The notes beneath the pieces are model-generated. The model ran no database searches and was not told the origin of the DNA. It was given only the letters and a program-made list of their open reading frames with translations. From contig OX597820.1 of NCBI GenBank assembly GCA_951406725.2, positions 76,818,001-76,882,000 on the forward strand: a stretch of DNA of 64,000 nucleotides, in the 5' to 3' direction. Of this stretch, positions 38,867-52,439 are shown piece after piece. How positions within the stretch are numbered: the first letter of the stretch is position 1; each line of letters begins with the position of its first letter. Source of the stretch: Octopus vulgaris. Taxonomy: Eukaryota. Position numbers and translations under genes: made by a program.

Positions 38867-39692
38867 CACTCACATACATGCATACATATATATATAATTA
38901 TAATAGGGAGTAAATCCAAACATACAGGGAAAAATTATATTTAGGATTAAATCTAATTTCACAGCATAAATATAAATTAAATTAGAGATAAAACCACTAT
39001 TAGGCAAATCAAACGGTGAAAAACATTAAACAAAAAAATAAAAATAAAAATAAATTAATATAATATACAAAATATATAAAATTTAAAATATTTAAATTTG
39101 TTATTTTTAATTTGTATTTATAAATTTTATATATATATATATATATATATTAAAAATATATATATAACTATCCAAAAGTATTAAAAAGTTTAATATAATA
39201 TAACAAGTAATAAGTAAAAACATATATAAAATATATATATACATATATATAAATTTATACACACACACACATATATTTATCGCTAATTTAATTTATATAT
39301 ATACATATATATATATATACACACACACATATATACATATATATATATACACAAATATACATATATACATATATGTATATATATATATATATATATAAAT
39401 TATAATTAATGGTATCTAAAAGGTACTAGCATGCTAGATATAGCAGTCAAAGCGCGACTCTAATGCCACATCAAATATTTATACAGCACCAGGTGAGATA
39501 CCCTTAATTAAAATTTCAATAATAAATATTACCAATGAGGTTTTCTTTCCCATAATAGCCACTTATAAATGACGATATTATCCTTATTTATATAAATTTA
39601 TACACACACACACATATCTATCTATCTATCTGTCTATCTATCTATCTATCTATTTATCTATCTATCTATATATCTATCTATCTATCTATCTA

Positions 39693-39737
<45 letters not shown>

Positions 39738-40035
39738 TGTTGTGTCTGGGGAGGGTCGTTTTCTTTTTGTGCCTTATGATTTAACACGCTCACCGGTAAA
39801 ATTTCCACTTATTTCTTATTTTTATTTTCCTAAAGTTTTCGATGCGTCTTGCAACCTTTTCAGTGGTCTTGACTCAGTCCGTTATTTACACAGCGTTCCC
39901 TTTCGTTTGTTTGTGCACATGTGTGTGGGTCAGTGTGTGTGCCTATACATGCATGCATGTACGTATGTATGTATGTGTGTGTTTGCATGTGTATGTATGT
40001 ATATATGTGTGTGTATGCATATGTATATATGTATT

Positions 40036-40334
40036 TATGGGTGTGCATCTGCATGTACGTATCCTGCACATTTATGTGCCTGCATGTCCGTGTTTGTGTA
40101 TTTTCTATGTATGTGTGTGTGAGCATGTGTTTGTATATATAAGCACCTCTGTCTCCTTGTGTGTGCATGTCTGTGCGTGTGTGTTCTATGCAACTATGTA
40201 CCATGTTTGTATGTTTGGATGTGCATCTTTATATTTGTGGGTCCGTGCCTCCATGTTTTTGTACCTGTAACCTATGCACCTGTTCGGGTGTATGTTAATC
40301 TGTTTATTTTCATAGACACACATACACGCGCACA

Positions 40335-40411
<77 letters not shown>

Positions 40412-40852
40412 CATATGAGATCCATGGCTACAAGTGTACGAAGAAAGTGAGCTTGAGTCTATCCTTATGAAATATATATAAAAACAAATTTCAACTTATT
40501 GGGACGAAAATTTTGGGTTTTTTCCGTTTCAAAGTACGATGAGCTGAAAAAATCTATTTTATTATATTTCACTGTAGAAAGCTAGTGTTGTTAGGTATGC
40601 GAATAAAGAACCAAGAGTTAAAATCTAGCTACATATATTTCTTAGCAAACGGAACCTAGGAAAGATTTGTTTAGAATGTGTAGACAACACAGTTAGGATG
40701 GAAAGTGTTAACATGGGTCTCCTAATCATATATATAGATATATAGATATGTGTGTATGTGGGGAGGGGGTTGTAAGTGTACGTATAGAAATATACGTATA
40801 TATATATATATGTATGTATGTATATATATATGTATATATATATATATGTATG

Positions 40853-40919
<67 letters not shown>

Positions 40920-40968
40920 GTATATATATATATATATATATGTATGTATATATATGTATATATATATG

Positions 40969-41022
<54 letters not shown>

Positions 41023-41178
41023 AATATGTGTACACACATATATATATGCACACACAAGGAGACAGAGGTGCTTATATATACAAACACATGCTCACACACA
41101 CATACATAGAAAATACACAAACACGAACATGCAAGCACATAAATGTGCAGGATACGTACATGCAGATGCACACCCATA
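40036..41178. repeat. 133-bp inverted duplication (arms 40036-40168 and 41046-41178)
   Basis: Arms are 131/133 identical. The same peptide appears in ORFs 39842..40270(+) and 40722..41177(-). Confidence 0.95.
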
Positions 41179-41204
41179 TATACATATATATATATGTATA
41201 TTTA

Positions 41205-41905
41205 TTTATAAATGTGGGTGAAATATTATTTGATATTAATTTAATAATACCATCAGTTTAACACCAAGTGGCTTAGTACATAAAAACCAGGGATACAATA
41301 CAAATTTATACATAAATATGAGAGAATGACTACTATGTGATCTACTCTAGTGCTAAAAATAGATCCACTATGGTATAGCCACTAAAAAATTGTTTCCAAG
41401 GAGAAATAACACAACATTTAACGTGGAGCAAGTGAAAAATAACGAAAAAATAGATTAACCCTGAACAATTGTTTCATTATTATCGTAAATGCAATTTTAC
41501 TTACACAGCATCCATAAAACATCAGCAGGAGTTTGTCTTAAATACAATTTATTAAATCGCGAGTTATATTTCGACGCAGCGCCAAAATACACGTGCGGTT
41601 CGATCAATTGCATAAGTAGCTATGATTCAAATTCCCCCGCCAAAAGTATGATAAGACTACTGGAAACGAATACCGCATAAAATATTTACTGCAGTATAAT
41701 TAAATTTATAAATGAGGGTGAAAATGTTGATATTAATTTAATAACACCATCAATTTAACACCAAGTGGCTTAGCACATAAAAACCAGGGATACAATACAA
41801 ATTTATACATAAATATGAGAGAGTGATCACTATGTGGTCTACTCTAGTGCTAAAAATAGATCCACTGTGGTATAGCCACTAAAAATTTGTTTCCAAGGAG
41901 AAATA
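41205..41905 (-). mobile_element. Non-coding element with ~200-bp direct repeats (period ~500 bp) and a hammerhead-like motif
   Basis: 41205-41408 closely matches 41705-41905. The minus strand has cctg-CTGATG...GAAAC-AATT-GTT-cagg between the repeats. Confidence 0.7.
41454..41531 (-). ncRNA. Degenerate minimal type I hammerhead ribozyme
   Basis: Stem I tcctg/caggg, core CTGATG(T), GAAA-C-AATT-G-TT within the palindrome AACAATTGTT. A9 and the base of stem II are mutated. Confidence 0.45.
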
Positions 41906-41907
41906 TG

Positions 41908-41940
<33 letters not shown>

Positions 41941-41965
41941 GTATATGTATATATATATATATGTG

Positions 41966-42082
<117 letters not shown>

Positions 42083-42089
42083 TAAACTT

Positions 42090-42220
42090 AGATATGTTTC
42101 GACCAAATATTGATCCAGGCCATGTCTAACTTAATAGCACCACCTGATAGGATTATTTGAATCCTGTTTATATCAAGTTTTGTTTATGGTCCATTCAAGT
42201 AGTGAATTATGGGTGGCTTA
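42090..42220 (-). mobile_element. CR1/L2-group LINE 3' tail
   Basis: Reverse complement matches 51600-51750 (cactacttgaatgg.ccat..caggtggtgctat.aagt.agacatggcctgga). Confidence 0.75.
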
Positions 42221-42667
42221 TATATATATATACTCTAAATGATTGGTGCGGAAGATTGTGTGTACTGGAAACTTTATCACAACAATCGTTTCTGCATACT
42301 CCTGCACTGCTCCCTTGTGGTTAGGGAACGATATAATGAAATCGAATGCATTCCACAGTGCAGAAGAAATTTCATCAGGTAACATGACGGGCTTCTGATT
42401 TATAAAATTCACATTTGGCTCATAAGTTCTGAAGGATGATGTTGTTAATATTTATGTGTTGGTAGTAGTCGCTTCCCAAATACAGTGATGAAGCAGAACA
42501 AATGTGGCGTGTATTCATAGTCCGACAGCCAGGAATAAATAAATATTTTCTTAGACAAGGATATTGCTGACAGTGACGCCTCGGCCAGTTAAGCCATCGT
42601 CGGATTTAAATGTAAAATTGTTTATACTATAACTAAGCATAAAAACAAACATGAACTTATAAACACA

Positions 42668-42714
<47 letters not shown>

Positions 42715-43012
42715 GGATGCACATTGCATAGTGTTTACAACAGTGGAATGGCGTTCGAGGGATCCCAGGTTCAAATCTCAGACCGGGCGATGTGTTTATT
42801 AGTGAAACTCCTAAGCTCCACGCGGCTCCGACAGAAGGTAGTGGCGAACTTCTACTGACTCTTTCGCCACAACTTTCGCTCACTCTTTCCTCCTGCATCT
42901 TGCAGCTCACCTGTGACGGACCGGCGTCCCGTCCAGGTGGGGAACCTATACCTCAAGGTAACCGGAAAATCGGCCCTATGAGCCAGGCGTCGTTCCAGAA
43001 GGAACAAACAAC
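42715..43012 (+). mobile_element. Family C SINE with a third type of tail
   Basis: The core agaccgggcg..cctaagctccacgcggctccg..cacaactttcgctcactctttcc is shared with 13206. The tail cctgtgacggaccggcgtcccgtccagg differs. Confidence 0.8.
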
Positions 43013-43813
43013 AATATATATATATATATGTATATAGGTAAAAATCAATCTTGGCTACAATTTCTATAGAATATCTGTAGAAATAACGTTAACAATGTAA
43101 AAAGCACTGTTAACGCAGTGGAACGTTGTACTGATTTATAAAAGCATGTAGAATATGTTAAAGCATATTATGATTGCATAACTAAATACCACGAACCAAC
43201 AAATCATTAATATATATATACACTGAGTACGTTTAGAAAATTCTGATTTCAAGTGTACGCAATGATATTGCAAGTTTAAAGAGAACATCGATTGACCTTT
43301 TTGTTTTTTAAAATTTCAAACTACCTTTGTAGTTAAGTATCCTTCCTTTTCATTTTCAGGTTTCAAATATCATTAAATGGAAATTTTGTCTACTAATTGC
43401 AAGCATTATTTCATTCAATTTACTTTTCGTTTCATCTCCTTCCATTGAAACTATGACATGCAGTCGTATAGTATAAAAATTAGTATACGTTGATTGGTCG
43501 TAGATAACTGTTGAAATTTTCTCAACACACACACACATACACCGCCACAGAAGCGATGTTACACACGTACATATATAAATGCGCTCTTAAACACGCAAAT
43601 ACATGCAAATATAAGTTCCAGATAGGCAAATATTCATATAAATGATATAAGCATTTAACTTCAATGCATATAAATGTATATGTATATAAGCGTGATATTT
43701 GTGAGTGAATTTGGCATAAGAAACTGAACAGATGCTCTTGTGTGTATGTATATGTGCGTGTATGTAGTTATATAATATGCATGTGTAATATATATATACA
43801 AGAATAGTACATA

Positions 43814-43851
<38 letters not shown>

Positions 43852-44116
43852 CATATATATATACATACATATATATATATATACATACATATATATATAC
43901 ATACATATATATATATAAACATATATACATACATACATATATACATACATATATATATACATACATATATATATACATACACATATATATATAGATACAT
44001 ACACACACATATATATATATACATACATACATATATATATATACATACATATATATATATATATAATATACATATATATATATAATATACATATATATGT
44101 ATATAATATACATATA

Positions 44117-44538
44117 GGCGCAGAAGTGGCTGTGTGGTAAGTAGCTTGCTAACCAACCACATGGTTCCGGGTTCAGTCCCACTGCGTGGTACATTGGGCA
44201 AGTGTCTTCTGCTATAGCCTCGGGCCGACCAAAGCCTTGTGAGTGGATTTGGTAGACGGAAACTGAAAGAAGCCTGTCGTATATATGTATATTTATATAT
44301 ATATGTATGTGTGTTTGTTTTGTGTGTCTGTGTTTGTCCACCTAGCATTGCTTGACAACCGCTGCTGGTGTGTTTACGTCCCCGTCACTTAGCGGTTCGG
44401 CAAAAAGAGACCGATAGAATAAGTACTGGGCTTACAAAGAATAAGTCCCGGGGTCGATTTGCTCGACTAAAGGCGGTGCTCCAGCATGGCTGCAGTCAAA
44501 TGACTGAAACAAATAAAAGAGTAAAAGAGAGTAAAGAG
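44117..44538 (+). mobile_element. Family B SINE, full length
   Basis: ggcgcagaagtggctgtgtggtaag..ggttcagtccc.., an internal TA/TG tract, then ggcggtgctccagcatggctgcagtcaaatgactgaaac. Confidence 0.92.
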
Positions 44539-44581
44539 TATATATATATATATACATATATATACATATATATACATACAT

Positions 44582-44642
<61 letters not shown>

Positions 44643-44865
44643 GTTCGTGCGTCAGCATGGCCGCAGCTCTGAGCTGAAACTAGAAAAAAAAATATATATA
44701 CATATATATAAATAGGTGAATGAACTATCCTATGTTTATCGTTAGCATGGAAAATTCGTTTCACCGAAACCTGGGTAGCAAATTCACGTCAGAAACACGG
44801 TTGAAGCGACCTGTCCATGGGTAGAACTCCGGGTTCATGTGCAGAAATTTGTGTGTTGTATATGA

Positions 44866-45553
44866 ATAAATGAACGAATGGAGTCGAACGAAGATGTTAA
44901 CAAAATTCCATAGTAAAAAACGACATAGTACAGGGCTAAGTAAATTAGTTTGGCGTCTTAAAGACAACAATATAAATTTCAAGTTAGATTGGTTCATACT
45001 GTCCGTATCCTTTCCTTTTGATAAGGGCAGGAGATTTTGTAACATTTGCAACTCTGAACTCTTCCATATTCTCTTCTCTAAGGTTCCCTTAGTAAACACA
45101 CTCATAGAAAAATCATACAAATGTAAACATACTTTCTACTCATATAAATGATAACGATAGTCACTGTGGTTTGAACAATTAGCTTTACGTCCACCCCACT
45201 TCAATAACGACATTCTTTCCTAAGCCTTCGAACATTCTTTCAATTAACGTACCCTTCCCTCTTCACTTGTTCCCTACCTATTATTCCTTTAACCCTTCTC
45301 TTCCTACTATCTATCTTTGACGTCAATTCTTCTAACGGTTTTTTTTTAAAAACACTCATTATCGTTTTGTTTACCATGCAGGCAGTCATCGAAACTTTTG
45401 TTTGTCTTGTTGTCGAGAGACGCTCCCTTTCTTTCCTGTTGAGAAGATTGCACCCTTTATTCCTTTGGAATGAAAACATGTCGTCTTCGAAACACATGTC
45501 TAGAGTAAAGAAATTTTGTTAACATCTTCGTTCGACTCCATTCTTTCATTTAT
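44866..45553 (+). mobile_element. Penelope-like element 3' end: C-terminus of the GIY-YIG region, UTR, and inverted 42-bp terminus
   Basis: STGLSKLVWRLKDNNINFKLDWFIL..PFDKGRRFCNICNSELFHIL..N..KCKH is a typical PLE C-terminus. 44866-44907 equals the reverse complement of 45512-45553 at 41/42. Confidence 0.85.
45427..45510 (+). ncRNA. Near-canonical minimal type I hammerhead ribozyme relic in the PLE terminus
   Basis: CTG(T)TGA (45436-45442), stem II gaagat/gtcttc, GAAA-C-ACAT-G-TC (45489-45500) and stem I ctttcttt/agagtaaag. There is one core substitution (A6U). Confidence 0.55.
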
Positions 45554-45580
45554 ATATATATATATATATATATATACATA

Positions 45581-45911
45581 GGCAGATGAGCAAGTGTTTT
45601 CCACTATAGCCTCGGGGCGACCAAAGCTTTGTGAGTGGAGAATGGATTTGGTAGCCGGAAACTGAAAGAAGACCGTCGTATATATGTATATGTATATATA
45701 TGTATGTGTGTGTATATGTTTGTGTGTCTGTGTTGTCCACTCAACATCGCTTGACAACTGATAGTGATGTGTTTACGTCCCCGTAACTTAAGGGTTCGGC
45801 AAAGATACCGTTAGAATAAGTACTAGGCTTCCAAAGAATAAGACCTGGGTTGATTTTCTCGACTAAAGGTGGTGCTCCAGCATGGTCGCAGTCAAATGAC
45901 TGAAACAAGTA
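45581..45911 (+). mobile_element. Family B SINE, 5' truncated
   Basis: gcaagtgttttccactatagcctcggg..gaccgtcg-(TA/TG)-..ggtgctccagcatggtcgcagtcaaatgactgaaac. Confidence 0.88.
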
Positions 45912-46799
45912 ATATGTATATATATTTGTATAAATATATCTATTTTTATTATTCAATGTAATAGTGCCCAGTCAGCCGTCTTCACGCGCACACACACACA
46001 CACTTATGAATATGTCTGGTGTGCGGTGCCGTTGACGTCATCCACATTTCTTTCCCATATACAGGGTCACAGGAAACCAAAGACTTCTTTAACCAGTGTG
46101 TTCTTTATTAAGCAATTGAGTCAGATCAGTGTGAAAGTTGGCTCAGATTTCTAACTAGGCGAGTGACACAGTAGAAATCGTTGTTTTTATGACACGTCTG
46201 TCTTGGTTTATTGCTTGTGTGCTGGTGTGCATGTGTGCCTATGTTTGCGGGCCAGTGTTCGTTTGTATAGTTATAATGAAGTTTTCCAATATCAGAATAT
46301 ATGCTAAGCTAGAAAATAAGGAATCGTAATATGTATGAATGCTTTACACAATTAATATATGAACGAGTGGAAAATAAATTGTTCAGACTGGATGGTAGAT
46401 TATTTATCCTAATGTACTATTATTTTATTTTAGCCAGCGAAACACAAACATTGTCCGTCTCTCAGCATAGACTGCAGATGTAATAAACCAGAAAAGAAAC
46501 CGCATAAGTTAATCAGAGAGGATGTTTATCTGTCTGCCTGTATTTTCTATGTGTGAGTGTGTGTCTGTGTGTCTGTTTGAGAATAATAAGAGCGGGGCGG
46601 CATTATTGATATTTGACTTTTGCTGTTTTATGGATATAAACACTATTATACGTGTGTTAATATTTATAATAGAAGGAGCGTATTTGCATTGAATAGATTT
46701 CGTTTCCAAATAAAAGTAATTCGATTTCAATTAAAATAGAATACACTCTTAAGTGTGTTTGGTTTGTATACTAGTGTTTCTGTGTGTCTGGGTATCTGC

Positions 46800-47900
46800 G
46801 TGGACTAAGCTTGTCAAGCAGTCGAGCAGAATATTTGAGAATACATCATTCACGGATAAAGACATGTTTCCAGTGTCACGTGTCTCAACTGTCCTCGTAG
46901 AGATGTGAACTCCTCTTCTGCTCCGAATAATTCGCAACCGAAAGGTTGCAGCTTTGTGGGACCTAGACAGAATTTTATTTATTTGTACTTAGGCGTCGCA
47001 CATTTTATTGGCATGCCATTGTCAGTGTGTATGCTCAAAACGTTTACTCAACAATAAGTGCAAAGCACAAGTTTCTTGGCGAAGTGTCAAAGCTAATACC
47101 GAAAATTATGTCAGGAACAGTTGTAACAACAACCTCTCCACATGCTGCCTAGAGCGGTAAAGATTATAATAACGGACAATATCGGCAAAAAGTTTAGCGG
47201 GTTCTAGAAATTGTTTCTAAGCAAATGCCCAACACTAAGTGCCTTAAAGAAATCCCAGCTGCTAATACTTCAACAATTAGATCGCATGATTACAGGGCTT
47301 CTCTACCTCAAACTTTCTCATAGCATCATTCTTTGAGACATCCAACAGCATGAATCACTTCTTTGGCCACTGTAATTTTAGTCGTCTGTTATAGCGGATG
47401 TATTTCGGTAAGTCTCCAGAATTGCAGTGCCTCGGGATCCAGTATGACACAGTAATAAGGCAAAACGGCAGACAGGTGACATTGAGGTTCTCGCCTTGCA
47501 AAACAATCATGGTGAGAAGCTCATAAAGTGAAACCCTTTTGAAGCAGCGAACAGGGCACTGTATTATTAAGAACCCAATTTATGTCATCTGTTGTCATCG
47601 ATGTATGCTGCACGCCATAAATGGTTCTACGAGACAAATGGTTCCTAATTAAAGCAAGTTTAGAAACGGTAAATGACGGCAGATTGTAAGGCATAGAAAA
47701 TTGACAGACGTTATGACTGATAACAATGATGTGAAGCTAATTTCCTATCGTTTGATAAATGCAAAACCTATAGAGTCTACGTGAGAATGAAGGGAGCCAC
47801 CGGCTTAATTCATATAAAAGCTAAGCCATTGGAAAAAAGAAACAGTATAAAGGCCACAATAAGAGAAAGGCAGATGCAGAGGTAAATCAAAAAGTGTTAT
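46800..47900 (+). mobile_element. AcademX-like transposase relic
   Basis: Colinear degenerate motifs: LGVAHFIGM (LGGxH), SGKDYNN (GKxYNRA), DIQQHES (DQxHEQ), NPFE, SVVIDV, LSFDK and NSIKATIRER. Confidence 0.5.
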
Positions 47901-47983
47901 GAATTCTAATCAAAAATAAAACGAGTTAATCCTTAAGACTCCCGAGTACGTTCACGTTAGCTGCAATACTCAATGCAGTTGAA

Positions 47984-48016
<33 letters not shown>

Positions 48017-48585
48017 TCTGTCTCCCTGTATATATGCATATGTTTTATTTATTAATTTATTATATGACGGAACGCACGCATCCATTTCTAAGTAAGATTG
48101 TTCTTGATATTAATAATGATGCGCACTCTTGACCTTTCTGTCCCCTTCCTTTCTCAGCTTTCATTCCTTCTGGTTTCCTTTTCTTCTACTTTACTGTCTC
48201 TCCCTGTCTCTCATTTTTCATTCTTTCTGGATTCCTCACGACCATTCCCTTTTTTTTCGCTCCCTTTCTCTTGCTCCTCCTCCTCCCTCCCGTCGTTGAC
48301 CCGCGATGAGAGCTCTGCTACTGTCTTTCTGGCCTGACTTCCTTGAAGTGTGGACGGCATTTCCTGTTGCTCCTTCGCCGTTCTCAAAAATAGCGTTCGT
48401 AATACTTTTTCTCGTTCAGCTTAACAGCCCTTCTTGTCTTGTTATTCTCCTTGTCCTGTCTTTTACTGTTTATATTTAAACATATTTATATATATATATT
48501 TATATATATATAGAAAAGGTCACGACAATGTTACATGAACGTGTGTGTGTGTATATGTGTGCGTATACATATATACATGTCCATA

Positions 48586-48658
<73 letters not shown>

Positions 48659-48699
48659 CACATACATATATATACATATGTATACACATATAGATGTAG

Positions 48700-49062
<363 letters not shown>

Positions 49063-49559
49063 AAAAGCACACATACACATAAACATTCATATATACATAC
49101 GTGCAACGTTGACATCAGAAATGCAGGCGTAGAGGCCCTTTTAAAATTTGTTTTGGAATAAATAATGTTTTTTCCGTATAATTATGTCCACTCATGCAGC
49201 CTGAAACATTAAGTGGTTTATTTCTCCAATTATGAATAGGAGAAACACACTTTTACTTACAAGCATCGATGTTATTATCACCAGATTTTAAAACCATTCT
49301 TTATACCCAAAATTTTGCTAACACTCTCATGGCTAAAATTAATAACAACTGCATCGTCGAGGACATCACTACAGATGGAGCGTCTTAGCATTGGTTAAAT
49401 CCAGTTCCTTCCGCAAAGGAATGATTTGGATAATTAAAAACATAAGAAAAAATGCATGCATAAGTACATTCAAGAATATATACATACATAAATACATACA
49501 TACTTCCGCACATGCATAAATACATCCATCCATACATACATATACACATACAAATGTCA

Positions 49560-50285
49560 TCACGGTATCATCTACCGATATACCTAGTACACATGGAATG
49601 TCCCAGTGCAAACCTCAATACAATGTAAACATAATATACCTGACATAGTAATTTGGGATAGCAAAGAGAAATTGTCTACAGTTGTGTTGTAGAAATTAGC
49701 TGCCTTGTGGATGTTGGCATAAAGCTAAATATCAGCGAAAAAGAAAATACCTGCGCTGAACTATTGAGAAATCTGCAATCATTCTATCTAGATTGCTTGC
49801 AAGTTCAGAATTATACTTCTAATAATTGGAGCACTGGAATATATAATACACTGCCTTAATATTAATCCTCAGTAATTAGATTTGTCAAAACCAAAACGGT
49901 GAAATCTGATTCGAAGACTACAGATCCAAGCTATTGCAGGAATTTTAAAATTCTATAAAACTTTCCAGAAGTTTATCATTTAGTATATATGAGCATGTCT
50001 AAACACGCAACAATATCGATGAGAATACATACATAAAAGAATACATACAAAACTGAATATGTACATACATATAAAAATAGTCTAATCGGATCTTTCAGGA
50101 TTGGCAAGACAGCTTGAAATGAAACTGAATAATAACATACAGACAGACATACAAACGAAAATATCCTGTTGTTGATGCTGGAATTCCAATGAAGGAGCCT
50201 TGGATCTCGGTTATAAACCTATTCTTTCTCTATTGGCAAAAAATCTTGAAATAAACTGAATAATGACATACATACATACATACAT
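49560..50285 (+). mobile_element. REL-LINE family 2, 3' end with UTR and (CATA)n tail
   Basis: WNVPVQTSIQCKHNIPDIVIWD, EISCLVDV, EKENTCAELLRNLQ and LIIGALE. Confidence 0.85.
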
Positions 50286-50705
50286 GTATTATTGAGATCA
50301 GCTGCGCAGCAGATGTGAATGCACGGCAAAGCATCCAAGAACAAGAGAACATTCATGGCGAATCAATATGGAAGTTGCAGCGTTCATACACTGATTATGA
50401 ATGCTCATATGTAATTATCATCATAGGCACAACCACCAAGAAATACTTGGTGTCACTGAGAAAGAACAAAAGAATATGTTGCGATCTCCAAACCCTGTCT
50501 GTTAGTAGCACAATGAAAATTTGTAAGACAACGAAAGCATTGTCCATTTGAGATTTTTAGGTGAATAGATACACACTCTTGAAGATATACATCGATAGTT
50601 CAACAAATACGCCAACTCGGCCACAATTGGCAAACTGAGAACTCGTTTAACTCAAAAATCCTTGCGACAAGCTTCAACTCTCTCAAGTAGAACTTAAATA
50701 AATCT
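50286..50705 (+). mobile_element. Divergent REL-LINE 3' fragment
   Basis: IIEISCAADVN..EQENIHGE..LQ..Y..IIIG and DLQTLSVSSTMKICKT. Confidence 0.65.
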
Positions 50706-50909
50706 CAAAGCAACATTATACTTACATACATACACACGCGTACAAACATACATACATACACAAATATATACATACACACATACATATGCACATACAAACA
50801 TACACAAATGCATATATACATACATAAAACATACATACAGACATACATATATACATATGTACGTTCACACATACGTGTATGGTTATATGTATATATGTGT
50901 ATATCCTTC

Positions 50910-51130
50910 CTACAATATCTATGTGGTATAAGCAAACCCCAGAAGGTGTCACCGAAAATGAGAAGAGAAAAATCCTGTGGAATGTAATGATCCAGTGCGA
51001 TCACCCGACCAGACATAGGAAACCAGAAAATATTGTGGTGAATGAATAAGAAAGAACACGTATGATAATCTATGTAGCATGACGCGGTGACAGCAGGATC
51101 AATATGAAAGAAAAAGGGAATATAAACAGG
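50910..51130 (+). mobile_element. Dong/R4-type REL fragment
   Basis: WYKQTPEGVTENEKRKILWNVMIQCD..HRKP. Confidence 0.7.
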
Positions 51131-51249
51131 TATGCTCATGCGAACGTTCGTTACACGCACATATGTATAATGTATACAATCTATACATGTATAGCATATA
51201 TATTAATACATATGGATATATACAGATACACACACATATATATATAGAT

Positions 51250-51314
<65 letters not shown>

Positions 51315-51360
51315 TATACAGATAGACAGGCACATACATATATATGTGTGTGTGTGTGTG

Positions 51361-51745
51361 TCTGTGTGGAGAATATACCACCAGCATTGTCCAAACGACC
51401 TTCAAGGTTCATCCAAGGCTGGGACCACGGGCCATACATACCATGCCCAATTCAGAATCACAGCATATAGGTACATTGCAACACAATTTCTTTTCCTCAA
51501 CAGGCCCTGCCCTGTTTAACATTGTCCCAACATTTATCAAAGAGGGAAAGGATCCCTTCATCTTTAAACGGAGTCTGAACAAATTTCTTCAAAGAATACC
51601 AGATAATCCACCCATACATGGATACAACTCACTACTTGAATGGGCCATGATACCACAAAACTTCACTTAAAACGGATTGAGATAGTCCTGGCAGGTGGTG
51701 CTATAAAGTCAGACATGGCCTGGACAAGTCTTTGGGCGAAACATA

Positions 51746-51750
<5 letters not shown>
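51361..51750 (+). mobile_element. CR1/L2-group LINE 3' end
   Basis: [43 protein letters not shown]. Confidence 0.85.
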
Positions 51751-51825
<75 letters not shown>

Positions 51826-51837
51826 TGTATATATATA

Positions 51838-52060
51838 TCACGTTTATCGAATTATGTTGCGAGATTCCTGATGTGAAATCGTGTTGTAATATTGTTGTAA
51901 TTCGGGATTGTCATTCTTTTTTTTGTGAGGAGGACAGGCAAATAAAGAAACGCACTATATATGGCTTCTTCACTCGTTTTATTTCAATAAGAACAGTAAT
52001 AAACGAGTGAAAGCAAACAGACACACAGAAACACGCACAGACAAACTACCGTTTATATAT

Positions 52061-52104
<44 letters not shown>

Positions 52105-52295
52105 TATATGTATATATATGTCACGTTTATCAAATTATGTTGCGAGATTCCTGATGTGAAATCGTGTTGTAATATTGTTGTAATTCGGGATTGTCATTCT
52201 TTTTTTTTGTGGGGAGGACAGGCAAATAAAGAAACGCACTATATATGGCTTCTTCACTCGTTTTATTTCAATAAGAACAGTAATAAACGAGTGAA
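51838..52295 (-). repeat. ~175-bp direct duplication with a hairpin; Helitron-like 5' terminus at 52063
   Basis: 51838-52011 closely matches 52121-52295. The minus strand reads A|TCTATATATAAACGGTAGTTTGTCTGTG. Confidence 0.6.
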
Positions 52296-52352
52296 GAACA
52301 AATATATAGTGCGTGTGTTTATTTGTCAAAACAATGGTCATTCCTAAATACA

Positions 52353-52420
<68 letters not shown>

Positions 52421-52439
52421 ATATATATATTCATAATGG

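Noticed and set aside
39825-39870. Minus-strand CTGAAAA..GAAA hammerhead-like motif
   Set aside because: G8 is missing and stems I and III do not pair, so it is too weak to call.
42218-42620. Non-repetitive ORF-like stretch (NFINQKPVMLPDEISSALW...)
   Set aside because: No recognisable domain and only weak splice signals.
46030-46042. CRE palindrome TGACGTCA
   Set aside because: A single 8-mer is expected by chance in 64 kb and there is no promoter context.
50175-50230. Hammerhead-like ccaatga..agcc..ggtt..taaacc in the LINE 3' UTR
   Set aside because: Both halves of the core are mismatched and there is no stem I support.
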